Assembly: GCA_963823665.1 (NCBI GenBank)
Contig: CAWGMQ010000006.1
Coordinates: 1,216,001-1,280,000 of the forward strand
DNA: 64,000 bases
From: an uncultured Planctomycetota bacterium
Lineage (GTDB): Bacteria; Planctomycetota; Planctomycetia; Isosphaerales; Isosphaeraceae
Direction: 5' to 3'
Shown: positions 36,001 to 45,149 of the stretch, in pieces
Layout of the letters: each line of letters begins with the position of its first letter
Numbering within the stretch: the stretch's first letter is position 1
Program-made: the position numbers and the translations under genes
The notes under the pieces: model-generated
The model's database searches: none
Seen by the model: only the letters and a program-made list of their open reading frames with translations
What the model was told of the DNA's origin: nothing

Positions 36001-38064
36001 ACGGGCAGCAACCCACACTCCATTCCGACGGGCGAGCTACGGTTCTGGGACGCGACCACGGGCAAGCTGCTGTTCCCGCCGATTCCCATGACGAACTATG
36101 TCTCTGCGATCGCATTTCATCCCGGCGGAAAGGTTGTGGCCACTGGCGACTATAACGGGCTGGTGCGGATGTGGGACATGACGAGCGGAAACGAGATCGG
36201 CCGGCCGCTGGCTCAAGGCGAGATCGTGCTCTCCCTGGCCTACAGCCCGGATGGCTCGATGATCGCGGCGGGACTGGCGTTTGAACATGCGCGAATCCCC
36301 GGCACCCGCCTGTGGAATACCACGACTCGCCAACCCATCGGCGAGAGATTGGCCAGTGCGGATCGGATCACTCGCCTCGAGTTTCGGCCGGATGGTCACG
36401 CTTTCCTTGCCGCCAGCGAGCTCTCAAGCCTGCGGCTTTGGAGTGTGACGGCCGGTCAGGCGGTTGGGCCGCCGATGATCGACGAGGCAAGCGCCGGGTT
36501 CAGCCCCGACGGCCGAGTCTTCCTCACTCTCGGACGGGAGGGCACGGTCAAGATCCGCGACGCGGCAACCGCCGAGGTGATCACGCGACTCATTTCCTCT
36601 CGCTCTCCTGCAACCTGTGCGGCGTTTCGCCGCGATGGCTCGCTCATCGCGGCTGGCTTCGCGGACGGTGGCATCCGGCTTTGCGACCCGGTGACGTCGC
36701 AGCAGGTTGGTCCACCGTTATTCATGAGACATGGCGTCCACCGCATCGGTTTTAGCTCCGACGGCCAGACTGTTGTCGTGGTCGATGATTTCGGTGAGGC
36801 AAGGACCTGGCCGGTTCCCGAGCCGATTCGCGATCAGAATCCGGCCGAGCTGACCGTTCGAATCGAGGCGCGAACGGGGCTTCACATGCAGACCGGTCTG
36901 ACGGTCTCACAGTTGGGCGCCGCAGCCTGGCGCGAACGCCTCGAGCAGCTCGGCCGGCTTGATTCCGCCGCGGTGCGAGCCGATGACAACCCTCTCTGGC
37001 ATGAGCCCATGGTCCGCGAGGCCGAGCAGCTTGGCAACAACTTCGCCGCGATCTGGCACCTCGACCGGTTGATCGTGATCCGGCCCGATGACTGGTTCCT
37101 GTTGCGCGGAGGGCCCGGGCATGGGCATCCTCTGGGAAGTTCGACAAGGCCGCCGCCGATTATGAGCGGGCGGTGCGGCTGGCGTCGCGCGACCAGGTTC
37201 TCGACTTCGAGACCCAATGCATGATCGACTGCACCAGCGCGAAGCGCTGGGCTGAGGCCCTGTGGTATCTCGACCGACTGATCCGCGAGCGGGGCGATGA
37301 CGGTTTGCTGCATGAAGAACGTGCGGCTGTGTACGGGAAGCTCGGGCGGGAGGACGAGCGCCAGGCGCGAGCTCGCGCGCGTGTTCGAGCTGGGAGCCGA
37401 TGAGGGGCTTGTGATCCCTGCCGCCGAGGAGCTTGTCCGGGCGGGCCGATGGGGAGAGGCGGCGGAGCTTCTGAGGAGATGCGGGCGAAAAGGGCCGGTC
37501 AGCCAGACGCTGGCTCAAGCGTGGGGCATCGCTTGCCTCAAGGCGGGCGACAGCGCCGGTTACCGTGAGGCCTGCGCGGCATTCCTGGCAAGGCTGGGAC
37601 CGGACCCGACGGTCGTCTGGAACGCACTCACGGCGGCGTCGCTCCTGGCCATGGGGAGCGATGGCATCGAGGATTTCCGCGTGCCAGTGAGCTGGATTGA
37701 GAAGTTTCTGGCCACCGTGCGCCAGCCCACGCCGTACTACCGGCACCTGTTTTCGAGTGCGCTTGGGGGGGTGCTGCTCCGAGCCGGCCGGGTCGACGAG
37801 GCGATCACCCGCATCAACGAGGGGATTGCTGCGGCCAAGGTACCCGAGATACCCACAGACTGGGCGTATCTCGCCATCGCCCATGCGCGGAAGGGCCAGT
37901 TTGCCGAGGCACGCCAGTGGCTTGACCGCGTCCGCGCGTGGCAGTCGGATTCAAACTTCAGTTTCTGGGACATCCAGGAAGTTGGCCTGCTCCGCGGGGA
38001 GGCCGAGGCGCTCGTATTCGATGCTGAGTTCCCAAGTGATCCGTTTCACCGCCGGGAGCCGTGA
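33013..38064 (+). CDS. Membrane Ser/Thr kinase K5, WD40 plus TPR; compensating frameshifts at 33750-33915 and further ones near 37100 and 37370
   Basis: Hanks motifs, TM and divergent WD40 repeats. TPRs continue in ORFs 37173 and 37297, ending DAEFPSDPF like K1's DEGFPGNPF. Confidence 0.85.
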
Positions 38065-38117
38065 GATCGGGCAATTCGCCAAAAAGTTGATATTGGATTG
38101 CAGGAACGACGACCTGA

Positions 38118-38157
38118 TGTCCCGAAACACACTCTGCGGGTGAGTTATAAGGTATGG
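38118..38157 (+). promoter_or_regulatory. Candidate ECF promoter TGTCCCGAA-N21-TAAGGTATGG
   Basis: Matches 22461-22500 and lies directly upstream of the ECF gene. Confidence 0.6.
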
Positions 38158-38165
38158 GACCTTCC

Positions 38166-38804
38166 ATGAAAGACCCACCGAGCGATACGGTCAGCCTGAT
38201 TGAGCGGCTGCGCGCGGGGGACCGGAGCGCGCTTGCCGAGCTTTTCGCGCGGCACCGTGCGCGGCTGCGAAGAATGGTTGAACTGCGGCTGGACGCGCGG
38301 CTTCAAGGCCGGGTCAATGCCTCGGACCTGCTTCAGCACGGCTTCCAGGACCTGGAGAAGCGGGTCGATGGATATCTCGCGGATCCGAGGCTGCCGGCGT
38401 TTCTCTGGATGCGATTGGTCGTCAGCGACCGGCTGACCTTGTGCCACCGCGAGCACCTGGGCGCGCGGATGCGCGAGGTCTCGCACGAGGTCTCGCTCTA
38501 TCGCGATCCGCTTCCGCAGGCGAGCTCGGCGGCGCTGGCATCGATGCTGCTCGGGCGATTGCCGATTCCCTCCGACGCGGCGATACGAGCCGAGCAGATC
38601 CTGCAGATCCAGGAAGCGATCAACTCGCTCGAGCCGCTCGATCGGGAAGTCGTGGCGCTGCGGCATTTTGAGCAGCTTTCTCGTGCAGAGACCGCGGTCG
38701 TGCTGGGAATCACTGAAGAGGCTGGTGCCAAGCGATACATCCGGGCGATGAAGAAGCTCAATGCGATCCTGGCGGCGATGTCGGGTGGGCTGTCAGGAAT
38801 TTGA
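38166..38804 (+). CDS. ECF sigma-70 factor, paralog of 18174..18812
   Basis: RVNASDLLQ, plus long near-identical stretches (LPQASSAALASMLLGRL; LEPLDREVVALRHFEQL). Confidence 0.9.
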   Translation: MKDPPSDTVSLIERLRAGDRSALAELFARHRARLRRMVELRLDARLQGRVNASDLLQHGFQDLEKRVDGYLADPRLPAFLWMRLVVSDRLTLCHREHLGARMREVSHEVSLYRDPLPQASSAALASMLLGRLPIPSDAAIRAEQILQIQEAINSLEPLDREVVALRHFEQLSRAETAVVLGITEEAGAKRYIRAMKKLNAILAAMSGGLSGI

Positions 38805-38912
38805 ATGATGTCGAGCTGCGATTCAGACACGACAGCTTGTCGCGGGCGGGTTGGCTTCCGCGCGGCGATTTGCTACCATCACGTTTGTTTCTGGAGGCAC
38901 GCGAATCGATCG

Positions 38913-40118
38913 ATGGATATTGCGAAGCTAGCCCTCGAGGACGGTACGGTCTTCACCGGCAAGGCATTTGGCGCTCGGGGAGAGAGCGACGGCGAGGTCG
39001 TTTTCAATACGAGTATGACGGGATATCAGGAAGTCCTGACCGACCCGTCCTATAACGGCCAGATCGTGACGATGACCGCCACCCAGATTGGCAACTACGG
39101 GATCAACGAGGAGGATTCCGAAAGCTCGCGGCCCTGGGTGCGCGGGTTTGTCGTCCGCGAGCTTTCTCCCCGGGTGAGCAATTACCGCGCAACCCGATCG
39201 CTCTCGGATTTTCTGGAAGAGCACGGTGTCATCGGCATTTCGGGAATCGACACACGATCCCTGGTTCGGCGGACTCGCGAACAGGGAGCGATGAAGGGGA
39301 TCTTGTCGACGATCGACCTCGACGACGCCAGCCTGGTCGAGAAGGCGAAGGCGAGCCCGGGCTTGATCGGCCGGGATTTGACGCGCGAAGTCATGCCGCC
39401 GGCGCCCTACACCTGGGAGCTTGGTCTCGACCACGCCTACATGTTGCCGCCGCTTGACCCGGTCACGCAGACGGCGATGCCGTTTCCCGTTCAGACAACG
39501 CCGATCGAGCTGCGCCCGCACGTGGTGGCGCTCGATTTCGGAATGAAGCGGAACATCCTGCGACACCTCGTCGAGATCGGCTGCCGGGTGACCGTCATGC
39601 CGGGTTCCGAGACCGCGGGAGCGATTCTCAAGATGCGGCCGGACGGCATCTTTATTTCCAACGGACCGGGTGATCCGGATGCGCTCGAAGAAGCCACCGA
39701 GATGCTGAAGACGCTGATTCGCACGGCGACCGAGTCGCGTGGAATTCCGATCTTCGGGATCTGCCTGGGCCACCAGCTTCTGGGCCAGGCGTTCGGTGCG
39801 AAGACGTACAAGCTGAAGTTCGGGCATCGAGGAGCGAATCATCCGGTGCGGAACCTGAGGACCGCGAAGATCGAGATCACCACGCAGAACCACGGATTCG
39901 CGGTTGACCCGTCGACACTGCCGGGCGACGTCGAGGTGACCCATATCAATCTGAACGACCAGACGCTCGAAGGGATGCGGCATAAACATTTGCCGATTTT
40001 CAGCGTGCAGTATCATCCCGAGGCATCGGCCGGTCCGCACGACAGCCAGTACCTCTTCAAGGAATTTCGCCGCATGCTGCCGGCGCACACCGCGGCGCGG
40101 ATTGCGCAGCGGGCGTGA
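38913..40118 (+). CDS. carA: Carbamoyl-phosphate synthase small subunit
   Basis: GEVVFNTSMTGYQEVLTDPSY, SNGPGDP, GICLGHQ, TTQNHGF, QYHPEASAGPHDS. Confidence 0.98.
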   Translation: MDIAKLALEDGTVFTGKAFGARGESDGEVVFNTSMTGYQEVLTDPSYNGQIVTMTATQIGNYGINEEDSESSRPWVRGFVVRELSPRVSNYRATRSLSDFLEEHGVIGISGIDTRSLVRRTREQGAMKGILSTIDLDDASLVEKAKASPGLIGRDLTREVMPPAPYTWELGLDHAYMLPPLDPVTQTAMPFPVQTTPIELRPHVVALDFGMKRNILRHLVEIGCRVTVMPGSETAGAILKMRPDGIFISNGPGDPDALEEATEMLKTLIRTATESRGIPIFGICLGHQLLGQAFGAKTYKLKFGHRGANHPVRNLRTAKIEITTQNHGFAVDPSTLPGDVEVTHINLNDQTLEGMRHKHLPIFSVQYHPEASAGPHDSQYLFKEFRRMLPAHTAARIAQRA

Positions 40119-40131
40119 GGGTTCGGTGATC

Positions 40132-40722
40132 ATGTCGATGACGATTCGCGTTGCCAGCGTGGACGATGCCGCTGAGTGTCTCGAGATCTATGCTCCGTTC
40201 TGCGTGGAGACTCCTGTTTCTTTTGAGGCGGAAGCGCCGTCGCTTGAGGACATGTGCGGGCGCATCGTGAAAACGCTCGAGTTCTTTCCGTGGCTGATTG
40301 CCGAGGAGGGAGGGCGCGTGCTTGGTTACGCGTATGCCAGCCGGCATCGCGAGCGGGCGGGGTATCGCTGGGCGGCGGATGTGTCGGTGTATGTGCGAGA
40401 AGGGGAGCGCGGCAAGGGATTGGGGCGAGCCTTGTATACGTCGTTGTTTGCGATCCTGCGCCTGCAGGGAATCTACAGTGTGCTTGCCGGAATTACTCTG
40501 CCCAATCGGGCGAGCGTGGTGCTGCACGAGGCGATGGGGCTGCGGCCGCTGGGTGTCTATACGGGGATCGGATATAAATGCGGCGCATGGCATGACGTCG
40601 GCTGGTGGCAATACTCGCTGCGCCCCCATGACGGCCCGCCCGCAGAGCCCATCGCGTTTCCGGCGATTCGGGAAACGGCGGCGTGCGCTTTAGCAATTCA
40701 GGCGGGAGTGGCGGGTGATTGA
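40132..40722 (+). CDS. GNAT N-acetyltransferase (phosphinothricin acetyltransferase/YncA-like)
   Basis: PVSFE..P, GYAYASRHRERAGYRW, SVYV, GKGLG, PNRASVVLHE, GYKCGAWHDV. Confidence 0.9.
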   Translation: MSMTIRVASVDDAAECLEIYAPFCVETPVSFEAEAPSLEDMCGRIVKTLEFFPWLIAEEGGRVLGYAYASRHRERAGYRWAADVSVYVREGERGKGLGRALYTSLFAILRLQGIYSVLAGITLPNRASVVLHEAMGLRPLGVYTGIGYKCGAWHDVGWWQYSLRPHDGPPAEPIAFPAIRETAACALAIQAGVAGD

Positions 40723-40764
40723 CCGCCGATGCTGGAAGTCGACGCATACAAACGTCGCAGACTC

Positions 40765-41135
40765 GAACAGAAGAAAACGAAGGAAACGAAGATATAGAGG
40801 AATTTGCTGACTTGGCAGCCGTTTTGATCGCTGCGTGCCTGGATCCGGAGCAATGGGCTATTGCCGAGGGTCCTCACTGTTGCGGCCCCTGTCTGAGTTT
40901 GCATCCGGATTTTGGCTCCCCCTTCGTTACCGTCGTTGCCTTCTGTTCAAGACTGGATTTGCACTGGGCATGACACGTCTCGATAGTCTGTCAGTTCAGG
41001 CGAACAGGGAGGCTGATTACCGGTCTCGGATTGGAACAGAAGGAAACGAAGGAAACGAAGGTAAAGACAGATTCGCTGACCCGGCGGCGGGTTTGAGTGC
41101 CTGGCGCAGATGCGGAAGGATGGGCAGTTGCCGAG
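40765..41135. repeat. GAACAGAAGGNAACGAAG repeats: inverted pair 40765-40791/40922-40950 and a direct copy at 41034-41061 with similar downstream sequence (MITE-like)
   Basis: Direct sequence comparison by eye. Confidence 0.7.
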
Positions 41136-41185
41136 GCGATCGTGACCGTAGGGTTGCGTGCCGTGTCCTGCCTGCGATCGCTTCC

Positions 41186-41266
41186 CTCGTTCGCACGCTC
41201 TGCGTGTTGGGCTTTCGAGGTTGGCTTGACGCCGAGCGATGTGCCCACGCAGAGCGTGGGCACAAG
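41186..41266. repeat. REP-like inverted pair with CACGCTCTGCGTG core
   Basis: CTCGTTCGCACGCTCTGCGTG ... CCCACGCAGAGCGTGGGCACAAG, between convergent genes. Confidence 0.65.
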
Positions 41267-41276
41267 GGGCCGGCAG

Positions 41277-42371
41277 TCACTGTCGCTTGTTCCGCGCGCC
41301 TTCCTTCGGCCCGGTCGGCTCGATGACTTCGAAGTCCTTTCCCTTGACCTTCCGCAGCTCGTCGAGCCCCGTGATCCGGCTGTCGGGTGCCACCGAGATC
41401 CGCCAGTCACCGCCGTTATCGGCAACGAACATTCCAAATTTCTTCAACCCCTTCAGAATGGCCTTTGGGTGGGGAGAGAACCCGGAGATGTCGAAGTCGG
41501 CGCGCAATCGAAATCGCTCGCCCATCCGGGGAAGGTCCGCGCTTGTCTTGCTGCTGGCAAAGTGCGTGGCGGGATAGACGTAACCACGCCGCGAGTTCCG
41601 GATGGTGAATCGCAGTGCGTGCTCGACCATCCCCCGCTCGACCTCGTCGAACCGAACGACAGAGGGAAAGATCGGCAGCCCGGCCGCGTCGCTCGAGGTC
41701 CAGCCGTCCGGCCTGAGCTTGTTCGATTTGAGGTCGAAGATCGACGCTTGCATGGCAGTCCAGCCCGCGTCCGTCTTTCGCCCGGAATAAAACTCGTAGA
41801 GCATCCGGTTGAACGGATCGACCACCAGCAAATGGCGGTCGCCTTCACCCTGGCGCTGGATTTTCTCAAGAGGTTCCCCGGAGAGCGGCCACCCTTCGAT
41901 CGGTGCATTATCGGGAACCGGATACGGGCCGGGGTCGGATTCCTCGGCGTAGTCGGTAAGCTTGACCGGCACGCGTTTCTGGTCCATGGGCACGAGGATG
42001 AACGCCATGTCGAGGTTGTAGGCCAGGTTCTTGTCGCGGCCGACGGAGGCGATCAGGTTCCTGGAATTGCGGTGGACGGGTCGTTTGGAGATGTCTTCAT
42101 TCCAGGGATTGTCGGGAGGGTAAATCTGAAGGGCGGCGACGATGCGATCGGCTTCCGGTGTGTTGAACATGACGGGCTGGGTGAGCTGGGGCATCGCCGT
42201 GCGGTCGGGATTGCGACGTTCAGCCCGGCCGGGCGTTCTCTGTTGATTCGCTCCACGCGATCGTTCCGCGGTGTGCATGCCGGCGAGGGCGAGCACGGCG
42301 CCAAGGCCGAGCAACCATTTCGAGATCGCGTGTGCCACTGGTGAACTCCAGAGCAGGGAAGCTTTCGCCAT
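41277..42371 (-). CDS. Secreted conserved hypothetical protein
   Basis: N-terminal hydrophobic segment and motifs PPDNPWN, GDRH, SSDAAGLP, HALRFT, GMFVADNG. Confidence 0.8.
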   Translation of the reverse strand: MAKASLLWSSPVAHAISKWLLGLGAVLALAGMHTAERSRGANQQRTPGRAERRNPDRTAMPQLTQPVMFNTPEADRIVAALQIYPPDNPWNEDISKRPVHRNSRNLIASVGRDKNLAYNLDMAFILVPMDQKRVPVKLTDYAEESDPGPYPVPDNAPIEGWPLSGEPLEKIQRQGEGDRHLLVVDPFNRMLYEFYSGRKTDAGWTAMQASIFDLKSNKLRPDGWTSSDAAGLPIFPSVVRFDEVERGMVEHALRFTIRNSRRGYVYPATHFASSKTSADLPRMGERFRLRADFDISGFSPHPKAILKGLKKFGMFVADNGGDWRISVAPDSRITGLDELRKVKGKDFEVIEPTGPKEGARNKRQ

Positions 42372-42390
42372 TGGGTCGCGCGAACCTGGC

Positions 42391-43134
42391 TCAGGGATTG
42401 TCAGGTCGCTCGAATTTCTGAGCCTTAACTTTCCCTTCTCGATCTACCGCCATCTTGAGCCAGCTTTTTCCGGTTTGGTCGGTCAGCCGCAGTTCGGGCA
42501 ATCCATCAGCACTGAGCGTGAATCCGGCTCTGGTGCGACCATCGTTGTCGGTCATAGAGAAACTTGGTCCGAGGTCCTCATCATTGGTTAGCATAGCCCT
42601 CAAGTTGCCTTTCGCATCTACAATTTGAACGGAAGGTGCCCCTTCACTTACCTGCGCGAATATCCTTCCAACTCCGCCTTTCGCTAACATGAGACTGGAC
42701 AGGCTTTTGTCTGCAGATAGCCGAGCTCCTGTCTCGCCTTTCAGCGTGCCATCAGAGAGCTGTACCACGGCACCATCAATCTGCTCATCCAGGTAAACCT
42801 GCAGCCTTAGTTGGCCGCGTCCGTCAAGGATACTGAGTCCGGGGCCGGTCGGATGAATGCCGATCGTGAGTCGTTCGGCGCCTTTCTCATCGAGGAACGA
42901 GAGCGTCGGCTTGCCGTCCTTTCCGAGCTGGAGCGTTGCTACCGGCGCTCCTTTCGGGCCAACCAACTGGAATTTCTCCGCAACGATCGTGTCGGCACGA
43001 ACGACCTTGTCTGCCTTCTGAACGCCACTCGCCATTCGCCCCAATGCGAAGAATAGCACGGAGACTGACGCAAGGAGCACAACGCAGCGCGTCCACCCCT
43101 GCTGGCGGAGCCGACCGCCGTCCTGCGGCAGCAT
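42391..43134 (-). CDS. Membrane-anchored hypothetical protein with beta-rich D..G..R repeats (start 43134 or 43185)
   Basis: TM segment, then repeated units such as LSFLDEKGAERL and FSMTDNDGRTR. Confidence 0.7.
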   Translation of the reverse strand: MLPQDGGRLRQQGWTRCVVLLASVSVLFFALGRMASGVQKADKVVRADTIVAEKFQLVGPKGAPVATLQLGKDGKPTLSFLDEKGAERLTIGIHPTGPGLSILDGRGQLRLQVYLDEQIDGAVVQLSDGTLKGETGARLSADKSLSSLMLAKGGVGRIFAQVSEGAPSVQIVDAKGNLRAMLTNDEDLGPSFSMTDNDGRTRAGFTLSADGLPELRLTDQTGKSWLKMAVDREGKVKAQKFERPDNP

Positions 43135-43207
43135 GTCTGGTCCCGAGTTAAAGCGTAACGCAGCTCCAATTGCCGGAACGTTCATTGGTTTCTCGGATGC
43201 TGTTAGC

Positions 43208-43594
43208 TTAGTAGTCAACGTGTTGGCCCGCCGCGAAAGAACCACCCATCGCCCGGCACCAGCGGTCATACTCGATTTCCGAGTCGAACATACGGAGAAT
43301 CTCGTCGTCTTCGACGACGATGCAAGCCCAGTAATACCCCGGGTTGGAGCTCCAGGCCAGGGGCATCCCGTTAGCGTCAAGCGGTACGCCGTAGTCCTCG
43401 AGCGGCGGCTCGTCGTATTCGGTTACAAACGGCAGGTCCAGGTCCGGCATCTCTTCGCGGTGTCGGCTGCGTCCGGGCGAACGATGTTTGTGGTAGCACC
43501 GCTTGCAAAATGGGCCCGGGTCTTTGACATCGCCGCCAATCCATACGGGCCGCTTCTTGCAGATCCGGCACTTACGAGGCTTGCGCTTCCTCAT
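43208..43594 (-). CDS. Small putative zinc-finger protein
   Basis: Basic N-terminus with CRIC...CKRC and an acidic C-terminus. Confidence 0.55.
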   Translation of the reverse strand: MRKRKPRKCRICKKRPVWIGGDVKDPGPFCKRCYHKHRSPGRSRHREEMPDLDLPFVTEYDEPPLEDYGVPLDANGMPLAWSSNPGYYWACIVVEDDEILRMFDSEIEYDRWCRAMGGSFAAGQHVDY

Positions 43595-43659
43595 TCAGGT
43601 GGCCCAAACGCAACGATCGGTGTGAGTTTCGGGTTGTGGCCGTAGGCGCCGCCGATGGC

Positions 43660-43914
43660 TCACGGACTGGCCGCGACGTCCCAGGCCAGCACGGATGTAT
43701 CGGCCATGCCGCATACCAGCTTGGAGCCGTCGGGTGTGAACGTCAAGGCCGGGGTGCGAATTGCGGGGGTCTCGATCGTGCCCTCGAAAGCGGTCTCGTC
43801 GCGGTGCGAGAACAATCGCTCCAGCAACTCGCCCTTGCCGAGGCCGGAGAGGGTTCCGACGCCGAAGAGGGTGCGTAGGTGACTGAAGAGCGTGGGTGGT
43901 GGTACTGAGGTCAT
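43660..43914 (-). pseudogene. Internally deleted ECF-WD40 mini-gene (ECF N-terminus fused in frame to the last WD40 blade)
   Basis: LRTLFGVGTLSGLGKGELLERLFSHRDETAFE joined to TIETPAIRTPALTFTPDGSKLVCGMADTSV. Both halves match the ends of the 47024..49034 gene. Confidence 0.85.
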
Positions 43915-44100
43915 CGAATGCCCCTGCTGATTCGGACAGTACAGTGTTATACTGCATGTTGAGGAGCTACGGATTGGACTTTTATCGGACCACCAAATCG
44001 AATCGACGGTTCGATTGCGTAAGGGACACTCGGCGTTGCCGACTCGCAACGATGTGCGATACGATGTTGGCGAACCCTCGATCGTGGGAGCCACTCGCGC

Positions 44101-44346
44101 ATGAGGCCTCAGGATATTCTCGAACATCTGCGCGTGCAGCCATTTCGGCCCATTCGCGTGACGTTGACGGACGGGCGAACCTATGACGTGGTTCATCCCG
44201 AGCTAGCGATGGTCGGGCACGATACGGTGTTAATCGGAGTGCCGCGACCCAATGCGCGCCAGCCGGTGTACGATCGGGCGGTTACGGTTTCGCTGCAGCA
44301 CATCATGCAAATCGACCCGATTGCACCGGTGTCGGCGCAAGGATGA
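44101..44346 (+). CDS. Small conserved hypothetical protein (PFRP...DGRTYDV.HPE family, possibly Sm-like fold)
   Basis: GGGAG RBS, 81 aa, and a motif I recognise from small planctomycete proteins. Confidence 0.75.
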   Translation: MRPQDILEHLRVQPFRPIRVTLTDGRTYDVVHPELAMVGHDTVLIGVPRPNARQPVYDRAVTVSLQHIMQIDPIAPVSAQG

Positions 44347-44574
44347 GCGAGAAACCCGGCTTCGCGGACGCAGATGCGACCCTCGCCATTCGGATCACGG
44401 CTTTGCCGTGAGATCCCTATGATCCCTCATGTGCGGAGGGGATCGGCGTCGAGCGCTTCCGTGCGAGTGTCGACCTGGACGAGTTCGGCACTGATTGCGA
44501 AGGCCGAATCTGAGAGAATGGATACTTCCGGGCTCCGGCGCGCCTGAGCTCGCGCGGATGGCGGCTATTACTGT

Positions 44575-45144
44575 ATGAGGTACGTCGTGGACGAGTTGAT
44601 CATGGCTTCGGATCGCTATCGCTCGTACCTGCGGCTGCTGGCCGAGGCTCAGCTCGGCAGGGGCCGACGGACGGGAATCGAGCCGTCGGACATTGTTCAA
44701 CAGACCCTGCTGGACGCACATAAGGACCGCGATCGCTTCCGGGGTCGTAGCGAAGCCGAACGTCTCGGATGGATCCGTCGCTTGCTGGCGTGCAACCTTG
44801 CCGACGCGGCCCGCGCCCTGGCTCGCGCCAAGCGGGATGATGCCCGGGTGCGATCGCTCGAAGAGGCTCTCGACGAATCCTCGGCCCGTCTGGAGCATTG
44901 GCTGGCCGCCGACCAGTCGTCCCCCTCCGAGCAGGCCGAGCGCAACGAGTCACTCGTCCGCCTCGCCGATGCCCTGGGCCATCTGCCCGAGGACAACCGC
45001 CGGGCCCTGGTGATGCGGCACTGCCAGGGATCGAGCCTCGCCGAGATCAGCGCCGAACTCGGACGCACGCCGCAGGCCATCGCCGGCCTGCTCAAGCGAG
45101 GCCTGGCGCAGTTGCGAGATCTAATACCAGGCGATGGGGAGTGA
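44575..45144 (+). CDS. ECF sigma-70 factor, Ser/Thr-kinase-associated type (start may be 44602)
   Basis: YRSYLRLLA..QL, EPSDIVQQT, QSSPSEQA, sigma4. Lies directly upstream of a kinase. Confidence 0.9.
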   Translation: MRYVVDELIMASDRYRSYLRLLAEAQLGRGRRTGIEPSDIVQQTLLDAHKDRDRFRGRSEAERLGWIRRLLACNLADAARALARAKRDDARVRSLEEALDESSARLEHWLAADQSSPSEQAERNESLVRLADALGHLPEDNRRALVMRHCQGSSLAEISAELGRTPQAIAGLLKRGLAQLRDLIPGDGE

Positions 45145-45149
45145 GTGCC

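Noticed and set aside
18816..38064. Diversity-generating retroelement or shufflon driving kinase variation
   Set aside because: No reverse transcriptase or site-specific recombinase in the window, no adenine-specific TR/VR pair seen, and all cassettes are co-oriented.
38805..38912. N-terminal extension of CarA
   Set aside because: CarA homology starts at ATG 38913. The upstream ATGs are better explained as a kinase-start relic.
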